This document shows positions 1 through 9,429 of a stretch of DNA of 64,000 bases, one piece after another. The notes beneath the pieces were generated by a model. It worked only from the letters and a program-made list of their open reading frames with translations, was not told where the DNA came from and made no database searches. The number at the start of each line of letters is the position of its first letter. Positions within the stretch are counted from its first letter, which is position 1. The position numbers and the translations under genes were made by a program. Source of the stretch: Gemmatimonadota bacterium. Its GTDB lineage: Bacteria > Gemmatimonadota > Gemmatimonadetes > Palauibacterales > KS3-K002. The DNA lies in the NCBI GenBank assembly GCA_039586795.1, contig JBDHJS010000012.1, positions 16,709-80,708 of the forward strand, in the 5' to 3' direction.

Positions 1-1024
1 TGTTGATCGCATCGCTGAGGCCGGTCTTGATGATCCGCTCCTCCTGCGTTCCGTCTTCCAGCAGTAGCGTGACCTTGCTCGTGTCGCCGCTCACCGTCAC
101 TAGTCGCTCGGGGATCATCAGGACGTCTGAGCGCCGGTCGATGATCACGTCTGCGTTAGCCGAATAGCCGGCGCGCAGCGTGACGTCGGATTCGTCCAGG
201 GTGATTTCGATCGGAAAGACCGTCGAGTTGTCCTCGTTGCGAGCCTTGAGGGAGATCTTGTAGAGCGTTCCGGTGACGTTGGCGGTGGGCAGCGCGCCGA
301 TCTTGATCTCGACGTTCATGCCTTCGCTCAAGCGGCCGACGTCGATCTCATCCACCGTGCCCCGGAAGATGAGCGAGCTCATCTCCGCCATCGTCATGAT
401 CACCGTACCCTCTTGGTACGGGTTGAGCGGGACGACCGGGTCGCCGATCTCCACGTTCTTCTCGAGGATGAATCCGTCGATGGGCGACTTGACGATCGCG
501 TCGACGCTCTGGTCGGCCATGGTGACCTTTCCCTCCTCGAGTAGCGCCAACCGCTCGCCCGCTAGCTTGACGTTCAGCTCCGCCTCGCTGAAAGCACGCT
601 GCGCCAGCTCGTACTCGTTGTCGGAGATCAGGCCCTGCTCCAGAAGGCTGCGTTTCCGGTCGAGTTCTCTTTGCTGATTATCGAGCTCGAGTTGCCGAAG
701 CTCCAGCTGCCGTCGCGTCTCCACCAGCTCCAGCGGCGTCGGCGTGGGCTTGATCTCCAGGAGCGGAGCACCGGCCCGTACGAATTCACCCACGTCGGCG
801 AACTCCTGGCTCACCACGCCGGAGATCTTCGATTTCACGCTGATCTCGATCTCGGGCTCGACCCGCCCAACGGCAAGGGCCTTGTCGACGATCTCGCCGC
901 GCTCGACCTCAAAGGTTCGCACTTCCTCGTTATCGCCGTTGCGGTTGTTGACGGCGGCAAAACCGACACCGCCGACAGCCAGAACGCCTATGACGCCGAG
1001 GATCACCTTGGTCCGTCGTTTCAT
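1..1024 (-). CDS. Efflux periplasmic adaptor (MacA/YknX-like membrane fusion protein); 3' end runs off the window
   Basis: Not in ORF track; translated by hand from ATG 1024 (SD GGAG): MKRRTKVILGVIGVLAVGG...VERGEIVDKALAVGRVEPEIEISVKSKISGVV...coiled coil...IVKSPIDGFILEKNVEIGDPV...VDEIDVGRL...LRAGYSANADVIID, a typical MFP layout. Confidence 0.9.
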   Translation of the reverse strand, partial: MKRRTKVILGVIGVLAVGGVGFAAVNNRNGDNEEVRTFEVERGEIVDKALAVGRVEPEIEISVKSKISGVVSQEFADVGEFVRAGAPLLEIKPTPTPLELVETRRQLELRQLELDNQQRELDRKRSLLEQGLISDNEYELAQRAFSEAELNVKLAGERLALLEEGKVTMADQSVDAIVKSPIDGFILEKNVEIGDPVVPLNPYQEGTVIMTMAEMSSLIFRGTVDEIDVGRLSEGMNVEIKIGALPTANVTGTLYKISLKARNEDNSTVFPIEITLDESDVTLRAGYSANADVIIDRRSDVLMIPERLVTVSGDTSKVTLLLEDGTQEERIIKTGLSDAIN

Positions 1025-1176
1025 GGTGCTGCTCCGTCTAAACTGTCCCGTCTTCTGGACCGGTTCATTTGTTTGTGGGCTGCCCGCTGTGTCCCCTGAA
1101 CCCGCAGTATCTGTGGCTCTTCTCCCAGTAGGACAGCTGAACTCGAGCCGCGGTTGCTAGGGGGTCTAGATCTCAC

Positions 1177-1202
1177 TACGAGGGCCGAAACCCTGTGTTT
1201 CA
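1177..1202 (-). promoter_or_regulatory. ECF sigma-type promoter TGAAAC-N16-CGTA upstream of efflux adaptor
   Basis: Minus strand reads tgaaac-acagggtttcggccct-cgta, matching the SigW-type consensus. Confidence 0.55.
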
Positions 1203-1248
1203 GGCGGGGTTCCGGCGGATCTGTGGTGGTCGGATCAGCGCGAGCGGC

Positions 1249-2040
1249 CTATAGGAGGCCTCTCACGTAACCTCCATCGATCTGAATCGTCGTTCCGTTG
1301 ACGTAAGCGGCGCGCTCCGAGGCGAGAAACGCCACCAGGTCGCCCAGCTCTTTTGGATCTCCCATGCGGCCAGCCGGGATATTGGCCACCATACTCTCCA
1401 TCACCGCCTCTACACTCGAGCCGGCCTCCTTGGCGCGGTGCTCCGCCAGCTGGGTGACGCGGTCCGTGGCCATGTAGCCGGGGCAGATCACGTTGACGGT
1501 GATGCCGTCCTGGGCAAACTCGTCGGCGATCGTCTTCGCGTAGCCGACGACGCCGGGACGCACAGTGTTGGACAGGACCATGCCAGGCAACGGTGACTTT
1601 ACCGAGACTGAAGTGATGCAGACGATCCGGCCCCAACCGCTTCTCCGCATGTAGGGTATCGCTGCCTGCGCCATTCGAACCGTGCTCAGCAGGTTCAACT
1701 CCAGCGCCTCGCTCCACGCGTCCGGCGGGGTCTTCGAGCTGATCGTCGCTGGTGGGCCGCCGGCGTTGGCCACCAGGATGTCGATCTTGCCCAGGTGTTT
1801 GACCGTGTTCTGGACGAAATCCTCGGGGCCCGACGAGGTGGCCAGGTCGCAGGCGAAGGGTAAGACCTGCCGACCGGACGCCCGGTTGATGGCCTGCGCG
1901 GTGCGCTCCAGCCGCTCGGAATCACGGGCGCAGATCGCCACACGGGCGCCTTCACGAGCCAACGACCAGGCGACGGCTTTCCCGAGTCCCGTGCTCGCAC
2001 CGCCAACCGCCGCGACTTTGCCTTCGATGCCCAGATCCAT
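1249..2040 (-). CDS. Short-chain dehydrogenase/reductase (FabG-like)
   Basis: GGASTGLG Rossmann motif, DILVANAGGP, TVNVICPG, IDGG C-terminus; start set at MDLGIEGK. Confidence 0.9.
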   Translation of the reverse strand: MDLGIEGKVAAVGGASTGLGKAVAWSLAREGARVAICARDSERLERTAQAINRASGRQVLPFACDLATSSGPEDFVQNTVKHLGKIDILVANAGGPPATISSKTPPDAWSEALELNLLSTVRMAQAAIPYMRRSGWGRIVCITSVSVKSPLPGMVLSNTVRPGVVGYAKTIADEFAQDGITVNVICPGYMATDRVTQLAEHRAKEAGSSVEAVMESMVANIPAGRMGDPKELGDLVAFLASERAAYVNGTTIQIDGGYVRGLL

Positions 2041-2157
2041 GATCACGCCTCCACAAACCGGTAGGTCCGCCGGCACGTTCGTTCGCTTTGTTGTCTGCTG
2101 GTAGTCCGCGAAGCTAGGGGCGTGCGACGGACGCGCAAGACCGTCTTCGCCGTCCAG

Positions 2158-2532
2158 TCAAATGCCTGCGCAGGAGTGGTAGAGCGGCGTGTCGTGGTCG
2201 CGGCGTTGGAGAATCTCGTGCACCATCTCGTGCTTGACCCCGGCTGTGAAGAGCAGCTTGTCGGACCTGACGTAGATGGTATGCGGTGGCAGCCAGGCAC
2301 CTGCGTGGTTCGTTCCCTCTTGTTTGTTAACCAGTTGTTCGGCCTGGTACCATGTGACGCGCTCGAATGTGGCGGCGGTGCCGATGCATGATTCGACTTC
2401 AGACCACCAGGCGCGGTAGACCTCGGGCGGGTCGAGCCGCTGTGGAGCAACGGGCTCGAAGTTCGACTCCGCGCAACTCAGGGACAGCGCGGCAGCCAGG
2501 GAGATAAATAAACAGTGCCTTGGGGAGGGCAT
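2158..2532 (-). CDS. Small hypothetical lipoprotein with HExxH motif
   Basis: Hydrophobic signal ending LSLSC (lipobox-like); KHEMVH near C-terminus. Confidence 0.6.
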   Translation of the reverse strand: MPSPRHCLFISLAAALSLSCAESNFEPVAPQRLDPPEVYRAWWSEVESCIGTAATFERVTWYQAEQLVNKQEGTNHAGAWLPPHTIYVRSDKLLFTAGVKHEMVHEILQRRDHDTPLYHSCAGI

Positions 2533-2965
2533 GCCATTCAACCTGTTCTAGTGTCTGAGACAGGTTCAGCATGCCGCGTGCCAGGGGCTCAGTCAAGGCG
2601 GTTCGTCTAAGTTGTTGCTACACTTACCGCTTCAGAACAGGCTCTTCTGAACGAATCGCATGCGGCGAATCACCTTGATGCATCTTTCCTACTGTTCTGT
2701 TGGAAGATTCGCTCTTCACAAACTCAGCGTAGGGAATTCCGCCAAGGTCTTCGACACCCAACTCGAGATCGGCCATCCCCGGTGCGAGTACTCGGTCGTA
2801 GCGCGCGACGCCGCTCGAGGATGAAGTAGTGCGGGCCGGTTCCCGGGCGACGAGAACAGATGTACAGAGCGGCAGGAGCAACGAGACGGCTAAGGCTCTT
2901 CGTCAGACCTTCCTCCGACTATGTCCAGAGAATGACGCTTTGACTCGCGACGAGTTACTGGAACA

Positions 2966-4531
2966 CTACCGCTTAAAGACGGGCTGGCCGAGCATTTCCG
3001 CCGCCGCTTGCCTGGAAGCAACACCTAGCAGATTCGTGCACGCCACGGGACTCAACAGTTCCCTGTTGTCCGCCACTATCCGTAGGGCGCGTGATCGACT
3101 GGCGTTCCAGACACGCCAGTCCCCTTCATCCTCCAGCGACCAGCGGGTCAACAGCCGGTCTGAGAGTATGCAGCGGTCTTCATGACTCAAAGTGTCGAAG
3201 GCACCGACCAGGGTAGGTAAGGCATCAGCACTGAGCGAGGCGGCGTAGTGGGCGTCGAACTCGTTTCCTTCCAATGCCCGAGTCGTGTTCACTCGAGCTA
3301 TGAGTGCATCCGGGTTCAGTATGTTAAGGGCCGCGATGAGACAGAAGCCGGCCAACGCCGCGCCGGTGGCGAAGTATTGGCGGCGGTCCTTGAGCACCGT
3401 GACCGCGAGCCAGATCAGCACGATCCCCAGCCAGGCCATGAACGCCGTCGTGTAGAGCCGCAGCTCCGTGAGGCCATAGACGCTCTGATAGAGATGCATG
3501 CGCTTCAGAGCTGAGATCACGATCAGCAAAAGCAGGATCAACATCAGGCTCGCCAGGCCGCGAAAGATCGCAAGCGACCGTCGATTGGTGCCGGCTAGCA
3601 ACCAGTCGGCCGTCAGCAGGACGGGAAGTACCAACGCCGCCACAGTGACGAGCTCGAAGAATCCGCGGCGCGCGTATTCGGCGTACGTCATGCCGACCGT
3701 TTCCTGCACCAAGGAACTGTCGCCAAACAGATAGCGCAGCTGCACGATGACGAAGACGAGAAAGAGAAGGTTGATGAGACCCAGCGGCACGCCGATCTCT
3801 ATGATACCCACCTTGGGTCGCTCCACCGCCAGCGAGTCGCCGACTTTAGGTTTGCTGATCTCGAAGACTGCCAGGAAGAACCCACAAACGATCCAGGCAA
3901 AAAACGCGGTCAATATTGCGTGTGAGGCCAGCTGCTCGAAGTCGATGTCGAGGGCGGTCGTCACCATCTGGTCGAAGACGGCGTCCGCTGCCATCAGCAA
4001 CCCACCAAAGATGAACACAAGAGGGAATGCGATCAGCAGTCCCACGGCCGCGGCCCTCGCGTGTCGCCAGCGCTCGGATCGTGGAGGAGCTGCTACCGGT
4101 ATCTTCCGAACGGCAATGGGCGCCGCACCCTGTGCCGCCGCGAAACCGGTGTTCACGACACCGCGCACGTAATCGAGGATGCTGCAAACAGGAATCCGCA
4201 CGCGGTCCAGGCTCAAGCTCCAAATCGACAGCAACAGGCCGACTGCGAAGAGGTCGATGAACTTCAGAAACGGCGAGTCGTGCCAGCTGAATCCGGCGGC
4301 GAATAGCAGGGCGGGGGCGAGCAACCAGGCAGTGTCTCTTGGCCATTCGATGTCATGGCGAGCGGCCAGCATCAGCACTCCGGCCAACACGGCTGCGACC
4401 CACAGCGTCAAGTTCAGGCTCCAGGGGCCCGTTCGCAGAAGCGAATCTCCCGCAATTCCCAGCAACAGTGCGACGATCAGTACGTCACGTGCGAGTTTCG
4501 ATGTGTCGTTCATGGTTTCGAGTCCACTCAT
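2966..4531 (-). CDS. DUF4173/DUF4153-family polytopic membrane protein
   Basis: Many TM segments; ADAVF, YAEYARRGFFEL, YGLTELR and LSADA motifs. Confidence 0.85.
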   Translation of the reverse strand: MSGLETMNDTSKLARDVLIVALLLGIAGDSLLRTGPWSLNLTLWVAAVLAGVLMLAARHDIEWPRDTAWLLAPALLFAAGFSWHDSPFLKFIDLFAVGLLLSIWSLSLDRVRIPVCSILDYVRGVVNTGFAAAQGAAPIAVRKIPVAAPPRSERWRHARAAAVGLLIAFPLVFIFGGLLMAADAVFDQMVTTALDIDFEQLASHAILTAFFAWIVCGFFLAVFEISKPKVGDSLAVERPKVGIIEIGVPLGLINLLFLVFVIVQLRYLFGDSSLVQETVGMTYAEYARRGFFELVTVAALVLPVLLTADWLLAGTNRRSLAIFRGLASLMLILLLLIVISALKRMHLYQSVYGLTELRLYTTAFMAWLGIVLIWLAVTVLKDRRQYFATGAALAGFCLIAALNILNPDALIARVNTTRALEGNEFDAHYAASLSADALPTLVGAFDTLSHEDRCILSDRLLTRWSLEDEGDWRVWNASRSRALRIVADNRELLSPVACTNLLGVASRQAAAEMLGQPVFKR

Positions 4532-4839
4532 TCACCGCGCGTCGCGCGGATCAGTTCCTCCATGCGGTCCAGATAGCGTTCGAGAGTTTCGCGCCCCACG
4601 GGCGTCAGCCGGTATTCCGTCTTTGGGATCCGCCCCTCGAACGATTTGACGCACTCCACGTAGCCGGCCTCCTCTAACTTTCGAGCATGAACGCTCAAAT
4701 TGCCGTCGGTTATTTCGAGCAGGGCCTTCAGGTCGTTGAAGGCCAGAGACTCGTTCACCGCCAGCGCGCTCATGATCGCGAGTCGAACTCGCTGGTGAAT
4801 GAGTCGGTCGAGGTCGGTCGGTACGCCTTTATCCGCCAT
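4528..4839 (-). CDS. Winged-helix transcriptional regulator (HTH_34/MarR-like)
   Basis: LDRLIHQRVRLAIMSAL...TDGNLSVHARKLEEAGYV...KTEYRLT; overlaps both neighbours. Confidence 0.9.
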   Translation of the reverse strand: MADKGVPTDLDRLIHQRVRLAIMSALAVNESLAFNDLKALLEITDGNLSVHARKLEEAGYVECVKSFEGRIPKTEYRLTPVGRETLERYLDRMEELIRATRGE

Positions 4840-5437
4840 AGCTGCGGGCGATGATCGCGCCGAAGAGGATGTTCAAGCCTCCGAACCCGGCGGCAAGGAA
4901 CGCGTCACCCCACATCGGCGGCGCGGCGAACGCCGCCACGCCGAGGACCATGAAACCGAGACCCATGATGGGAACGGCTCTTACAGAAAACGCGCCTCCC
5001 GTCATCACTCCCGTCCCGTAGAGCAGTAGCCAGGTCCCCGGGAGGGCCACGGCCAACTCCGCCGCAAAGAGCACGACGGTGAGCACCGCACCGGCGACGA
5101 GGGGTGGGGTGTAGCTGAAGGCGAAACGGGCGCCGGATCCGCGGAGCAGGGGAGTGCCCTGCTTGCGGGCTTTGCGGACCATGGCCGTCACGCCGATCGT
5201 CACGGCGAGCAGGGCCTCCCCTAGCCAGACGAGGAGCCATCCCGCATCCGTGTACTGCCGACTCGCCACGATTGCGGTCGCCAGAGCGGTCAGGCCGATG
5301 ATGACGGTCCCCCATCCCGGAACCGCGGTGAAGGAGACGGCCCGCTCCATGGTTCTTCGGATCTGGCGGAGGTCCTCTAGTGCCTCGTCAGGAGAGAAGG
5401 GAGGAGGCAGATCGGTGTTAGCAGGTTGGTTATCCAT
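4829..5437 (-). CDS. Hypothetical membrane protein (about 6 TM)
   Basis: [12 protein letters not shown] followed by hydrophobic helices; first gene of the wHTH/DUF4173 operon; start at MDNQ. Confidence 0.8.
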   Translation of the reverse strand: MDNQPANTDLPPPFSPDEALEDLRQIRRTMERAVSFTAVPGWGTVIIGLTALATAIVASRQYTDAGWLLVWLGEALLAVTIGVTAMVRKARKQGTPLLRGSGARFAFSYTPPLVAGAVLTVVLFAAELAVALPGTWLLLYGTGVMTGGAFSVRAVPIMGLGFMVLGVAAFAAPPMWGDAFLAAGFGGLNILFGAIIARSYGG

Positions 5438-5443
5438 GGGGGT

Positions 5444-5492
5444 AAGATGTGAGGCGGGCCTAGCTCTGTCAAGTACTTTAGGAAACAAAGTA
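5444..5492 (-). promoter_or_regulatory. Sigma70-like promoter (TTGACA-17-CATCTT) with adjacent palindrome TACTTT-N7-AAAGTA
   Basis: -35 at 5472-5467, -10 at 5449-5444, inverted repeat at 5474-5492. Confidence 0.6.
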
Positions 5493-5657
5493 TTGAGCTC
5501 TAGGCTTGATGGCCGGCTGAACCGGTCATTTGCCAAGTCCAAAGCTTCAAGAGTTCAAGATGCGCAGCTCCAGCCGATCAAGTGGGCCTGGGCGCGAGTT
5601 TTCAACTGATGATTGAGGGATGGGCGGTTGGAGGCATTGGCATTTTCCCTTGTACCT

Positions 5658-5670
5658 TAAGTCGTTGATT
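5658..5670. promoter_or_regulatory. IHF-consensus-like site
   Basis: TAAGTCGTTGATT fits YAANNNNTTGATW, 30 nt upstream of a promoter. Confidence 0.35.
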
Positions 5671-5700
5671 CGCTGAACCTTAGCGATTCGATTCTCCCTC

Positions 5701-5729
5701 TTGCGCTCCCCTGATCTTCGGTATATATT
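5701..5729 (+). promoter_or_regulatory. Sigma70-like promoter TTGCGC-17-TATATT
   Basis: Canonical spacing directly ahead of a structured RNA candidate. Confidence 0.6.
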
Positions 5730-5735
5730 CGGTAC

Positions 5736-5828
5736 CCCAGGGCGGAAGGAAATAATACCCCACTCCCCCCTTCTTCGAAGCTGGCCTTCCGCCCTGGTCC
5801 CCACCTCTTCGGTAGGTGGGCTTTTTTT
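5736..5828 (+). ncRNA. Candidate ~90-nt small RNA or attenuating leader of dnaE2
   Basis: Perfect 13-bp stem 5737-5749/5785-5797 enclosing a C-rich loop, then terminator hairpin 5800-5820 and T7. Confidence 0.5.
5800..5828 (+). terminator. Intrinsic terminator
   Basis: cccacct-cttcggt-aggtggg followed by c and T7. Confidence 0.75.
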
Positions 5829-5863
5829 GTCGCCAGGACTTACGGGTTTTGTTCGGGTACGCC

Positions 5864-8800
5864 ATGTCCTCTTACGCCGAGCTTCACTGCCACTCCGCTT
5901 TCTCTCTGCTTGATGGGGCCTCGACACCGGAAGTTCTGGTGCGGCAGGCGGTTGAACTGGGCATCGAGGCGCTGGCGCTCACCGATCACGACGATCTGGG
6001 CGGGATCGTTCGGTTCAGCCAGGCGGCGCGTGGGTCGGGTCTGGAGGCGATCGTTGGGGTCGAACTGACGATGGCGCCGGCGGAGGCTGGGGCCCCGGCC
6101 AGCCATCTCACGCTGCTGGCGCGTACGGCGGAAGGCTACGCCAACCTATCGGAGTTGGTGACCCGGTCTCGCATGCTGCGGCCGCGGGGCCGGCCGCGGA
6201 TCAGCTGGGAGGAACTGGGCGAGCGAGGCAAAGGGCTGCTGGCGTTGACGGGCTGCCCGCAGGGCGAGCTGGCACGGCGGGTGAGGGCGGGGGACGGGAA
6301 GGGCGCCCGTGAACTGCTCGAGTTCCTGCGCAGCGCCTGCGACGGGTATGTGGCGGTGGAGGTGTGGGATCATGCGTTGCCGGAGGAGCGTAAGCTAGCG
6401 GAGCGGTTGTTGGAGCTGGCGGACCGGCGCGGTCTGATGGCGGTGGCGACGAACGATGTGCACTACGCGCTGCCATCGGGCCGGATCGTGCACGATGTGC
6501 TCACCTGTCTGCGTCATCAGACGACGCTGGATGAGGCAGGCACCCGTCTTCGCCCCAACGGCGAGTGGTACCTGAAGCCGCCGTCGGTGGTGTGGCGGCG
6601 CTGGCGACATCGCCCCGATGTCGTCGAGAACACCCTCGCTCTGGCAGCGGAGTGCCCGTTCCGGCTCGCCGATCTATCGCCGGCGATGCCGGGGTTCAAA
6701 GTGCCTCCCGAGATGACGAGGCAGGAATTCCTCGAGCGTCTGGTTTGGCGCGGCGCCAAGGAGCGGTACGCCGGCGTGGGTCAGAAGCGGAACGGCGATC
6801 CGATCCGCGTCGCGGGGCCGGTAGAGGCGCACCGTCCACCGTCTACCGTCTACCGTCCACCATCTACCGGGCTGACCCAACGGGTGCGTCGTCAAATTCG
6901 GCACGAGCTCGCGGTGATCGCCCGGCTCGACCTGGCCGGGTACTTCCTGACGGTCTGGGATGTCGTGCGGTTCGCGCGGCGGCGCGGGATCCTGTTGCAG
7001 GGGCGCGGCTCGGCGGCGAACTCGTGTGTCTGCTATTGCCTGGGGATCACGGCGGTGGATCCTATCAAGTTCGAGTTGCTGTTCGAGCGCTTTCTGTCGG
7101 AAGAGCGCGGCGGCGCGCCCGACATCGATGTCGATATCGAGCACGAGCGACGCGAGGAGGTGCTCCAGTACGTCTACAGCAAGTACGGTCGCGACCGGTC
7201 GGCGATGGTGTGCGAGACGATCACCTACCGTGGCAAATCCGCCGTGCGCGATGCGGCGCGCGTCCTCGGCTTCTCGGTGGATGTGGCCGATCATTTGTCG
7301 GGCGAAGCGGATCGCCGGGAGGCGGCGGACGCCGCCGACGGGTTGGAGAACGGAGGGTTGGCCGCCTGCGGACTCGACATGTCGGACAAGCGCGTCCGCG
7401 CACTAATCCACGTGGTCCGCGGGATGGATCAGCTGCCGCGTCATCGTTCGATCCATGTGGGTGGCTTCGTGCTCAGTCAGGATGCGCTGGCCCGCTCCGC
7501 ACCTATCGAGCCGGCGTCGATGCCGGACCGCACGGTGATCCAGTGGGACAAGGACGACCTCGATTTCGTCGGCTTGATCAAGATCGACTTGCTCGGGTTG
7601 GGCATGCTAACCTGTTTGGCGAAGACGATCCGCTACATACGGGAAGCGCGCGGCATCTCTATCGACCTGGCGCAACTGCCGGCCAGCGATCCCGAGGTCT
7701 ACGGGATGATCCAGGCGGCGGACACGGTGGGTCTGTTTCAAATCGAGAGCCGGGCGCAGATGAACTCGCTGCCACGACTCAAGCCGCAGAATTTCTACGA
7801 CCTGGTGGTGCAGGTGGCGCTCATCCGGCCGGGCCCTATCCAGGGTGACATGGTGCACCCGTACGTGCGGCGCCGGCGCGGCGAAGAGCCGGTGACCTAC
7901 CTGCACCCGGACCTGAAGCCGATCCTCAAGCGGACGTTAGGCGTACCTCTCTTTCAAGAGCAGGGGATGAAGGTGGCGGTGGCGCTAGCCGGCTTCACGC
8001 CGGGACAAGCCGACGCGCTGCGCCGGGCCATGGGGTTCAAGCGCTCGAGGGAGGCGATGGCGTTGATCGAGCCGGCGTTGCGCGAGGGGATGACGAAGCG
8101 CGGCATAGCACCCGAGGTGCAGGACCAGCTCGTCAAGCAGCTCACCGCCTTCGCCAACTACGGTTTCCCCGAGAGCCACTCGGCCTCGTTCGCGCTGCTG
8201 GTCTACGCGTCCGCATATCTGAAGCGCTACTACGCGCCCGAGTTTTTCGCCGGACTCCTCAACTCACAACCCATGGGCTTCTACGCCCCTGGCACCCTGG
8301 TCCACGATGCGCGCCGCCACGGTGTCGAAGTGCGCCCCGTCGACCTCGCGCTTTCCAGCTGGGACTGCACCCTCGAGCCAAGAAACATCGACTGCCCGGC
8401 GCCCGCGATGAGAGTCGGTTTGCGCTACGTGCGTGGCCTCGCCTCGAAAGCCGAAGAACAGCTGAAGACGGCCTGGGAGACCGGTGGACCATTCGAATCG
8501 GTGGAAGATGTGGTACGGCGTTCAGGGCTCGGGTTACCGGCGCTCAAGACGCTGGCTGAGGCCGGCGCCTTCGACACGCTGTGGGGTAAGGGTCGCCGCT
8601 CCGCGTTGTGGGAAGTGCTGGGCCGATACGCCCAGGAGCCGTTGGCGCCGGTGGAATCGATGCGGCGGCCGAAGCTCAAGGAGATGGAGCGGATCGAGAT
8701 CGTCGCCGCCGACTACATGACGACCGGACTCTGTACGCACGGGCATCCCATGGAATATCTGCGCGGTGTGTTGCGCGAGCGAGGAATACTATCGGCAGAA

Positions 8801-9106
8801 GAATTGCCGCAGGCGAAGAACCGATCGTTGGTGAAGGTGGCGGGCGTGGTGATCTGTCGGCAACGGCCGGGCACCGCCAAGGGCGTCTGCTTCATCACGC
8901 TGGAAGACGAGACCGGCTTTTCCAACTTCATCGTCTACGCCGACCTGTTCCAGCGCTACCGCCGCACCATCGTGCGGTCACCCGTCTTGCTCATCGAGGG
9001 GATGGTACAGAACGAGCAAGACGTGGTGAACGTGCAGGCATGTCACATCGAAGCGATCGTCCCGCAAGCCGGCGCCGATGTCATCGAAAGTCACGACTTC
9101 CACTGA
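5864..9106 (+). CDS. dnaE2: Error-prone DNA polymerase III alpha subunit
   Basis: YAELHCHSAFSLLDG PHP motif, GRGSAANS, PDIDVD, QRPGTAKG OB fold, C-terminal SHDFH (DnaE2 SRDFH-type tail). Confidence 0.95.
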   Translation: MSSYAELHCHSAFSLLDGASTPEVLVRQAVELGIEALALTDHDDLGGIVRFSQAARGSGLEAIVGVELTMAPAEAGAPASHLTLLARTAEGYANLSELVTRSRMLRPRGRPRISWEELGERGKGLLALTGCPQGELARRVRAGDGKGARELLEFLRSACDGYVAVEVWDHALPEERKLAERLLELADRRGLMAVATNDVHYALPSGRIVHDVLTCLRHQTTLDEAGTRLRPNGEWYLKPPSVVWRRWRHRPDVVENTLALAAECPFRLADLSPAMPGFKVPPEMTRQEFLERLVWRGAKERYAGVGQKRNGDPIRVAGPVEAHRPPSTVYRPPSTGLTQRVRRQIRHELAVIARLDLAGYFLTVWDVVRFARRRGILLQGRGSAANSCVCYCLGITAVDPIKFELLFERFLSEERGGAPDIDVDIEHERREEVLQYVYSKYGRDRSAMVCETITYRGKSAVRDAARVLGFSVDVADHLSGEADRREAADAADGLENGGLAACGLDMSDKRVRALIHVVRGMDQLPRHRSIHVGGFVLSQDALARSAPIEPASMPDRTVIQWDKDDLDFVGLIKIDLLGLGMLTCLAKTIRYIREARGISIDLAQLPASDPEVYGMIQAADTVGLFQIESRAQMNSLPRLKPQNFYDLVVQVALIRPGPIQGDMVHPYVRRRRGEEPVTYLHPDLKPILKRTLGVPLFQEQGMKVAVALAGFTPGQADALRRAMGFKRSREAMALIEPALREGMTKRGIAPEVQDQLVKQLTAFANYGFPESHSASFALLVYASAYLKRYYAPEFFAGLLNSQPMGFYAPGTLVHDARRHGVEVRPVDLALSSWDCTLEPRNIDCPAPAMRVGLRYVRGLASKAEEQLKTAWETGGPFESVEDVVRRSGLGLPALKTLAEAGAFDTLWGKGRRSALWEVLGRYAQEPLAPVESMRRPKLKEMERIEIVAADYMTTGLCTHGHPMEYLRGVLRERGILSAEELPQAKNRSLVKVAGVVICRQRPGTAKGVCFITLEDETGFSNFIVYADLFQRYRRTIVRSPVLLIEGMVQNEQDVVNVQACHIEAIVPQAGADVIESHDFH
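6831..6865 (+). repeat. Heptamer tandem repeat (ACCRTCY x5) inside dnaE2
   Basis: accgtcc accgtct accgtct accgtcc accatct; lies in the segment encoding HRPPSTVYRPPST. Confidence 0.85.
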
Positions 9107-9429
9107 GCACTCCGAAAAGGTCTGACATCGCCAGCCGTTGGAACGCGGATCTGGGCGTCAGATAAAACGAGAACCAGAATTACTATCGACTTCATTTAAG
9201 CTTGATGTCCTCAATTGTCACAGGTGGGACGTTGTGCCACCAGCGGCGGTGCCCGATGCCGTCACCGCTTGTGGCTGGACACGGCGATCAAAGGCGACGA
9301 AAGCCCGCATGTAACGCATAGAAACAATCCTTAGCCTGATGGGGCACCAAAATTGCTCCTCACGCAGGGCTGGAGCCGTGAGTCCTCCCGGCTCTCTCAC
9401 CGAAAAAAGGCGGAGGTGTCACTCGGCCC

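Noticed and set aside
2624..2881. 85-aa ORF in the gap after the DUF4173 gene
   Set aside because: No recognisable motif, SD or composition signal; cannot be supported
9202..9216. FNR box upstream of the octaheme operon (ttgatgtcctcaat)
   Set aside because: Half-site spacing is one base short of TTGAT-N4-ATCAA
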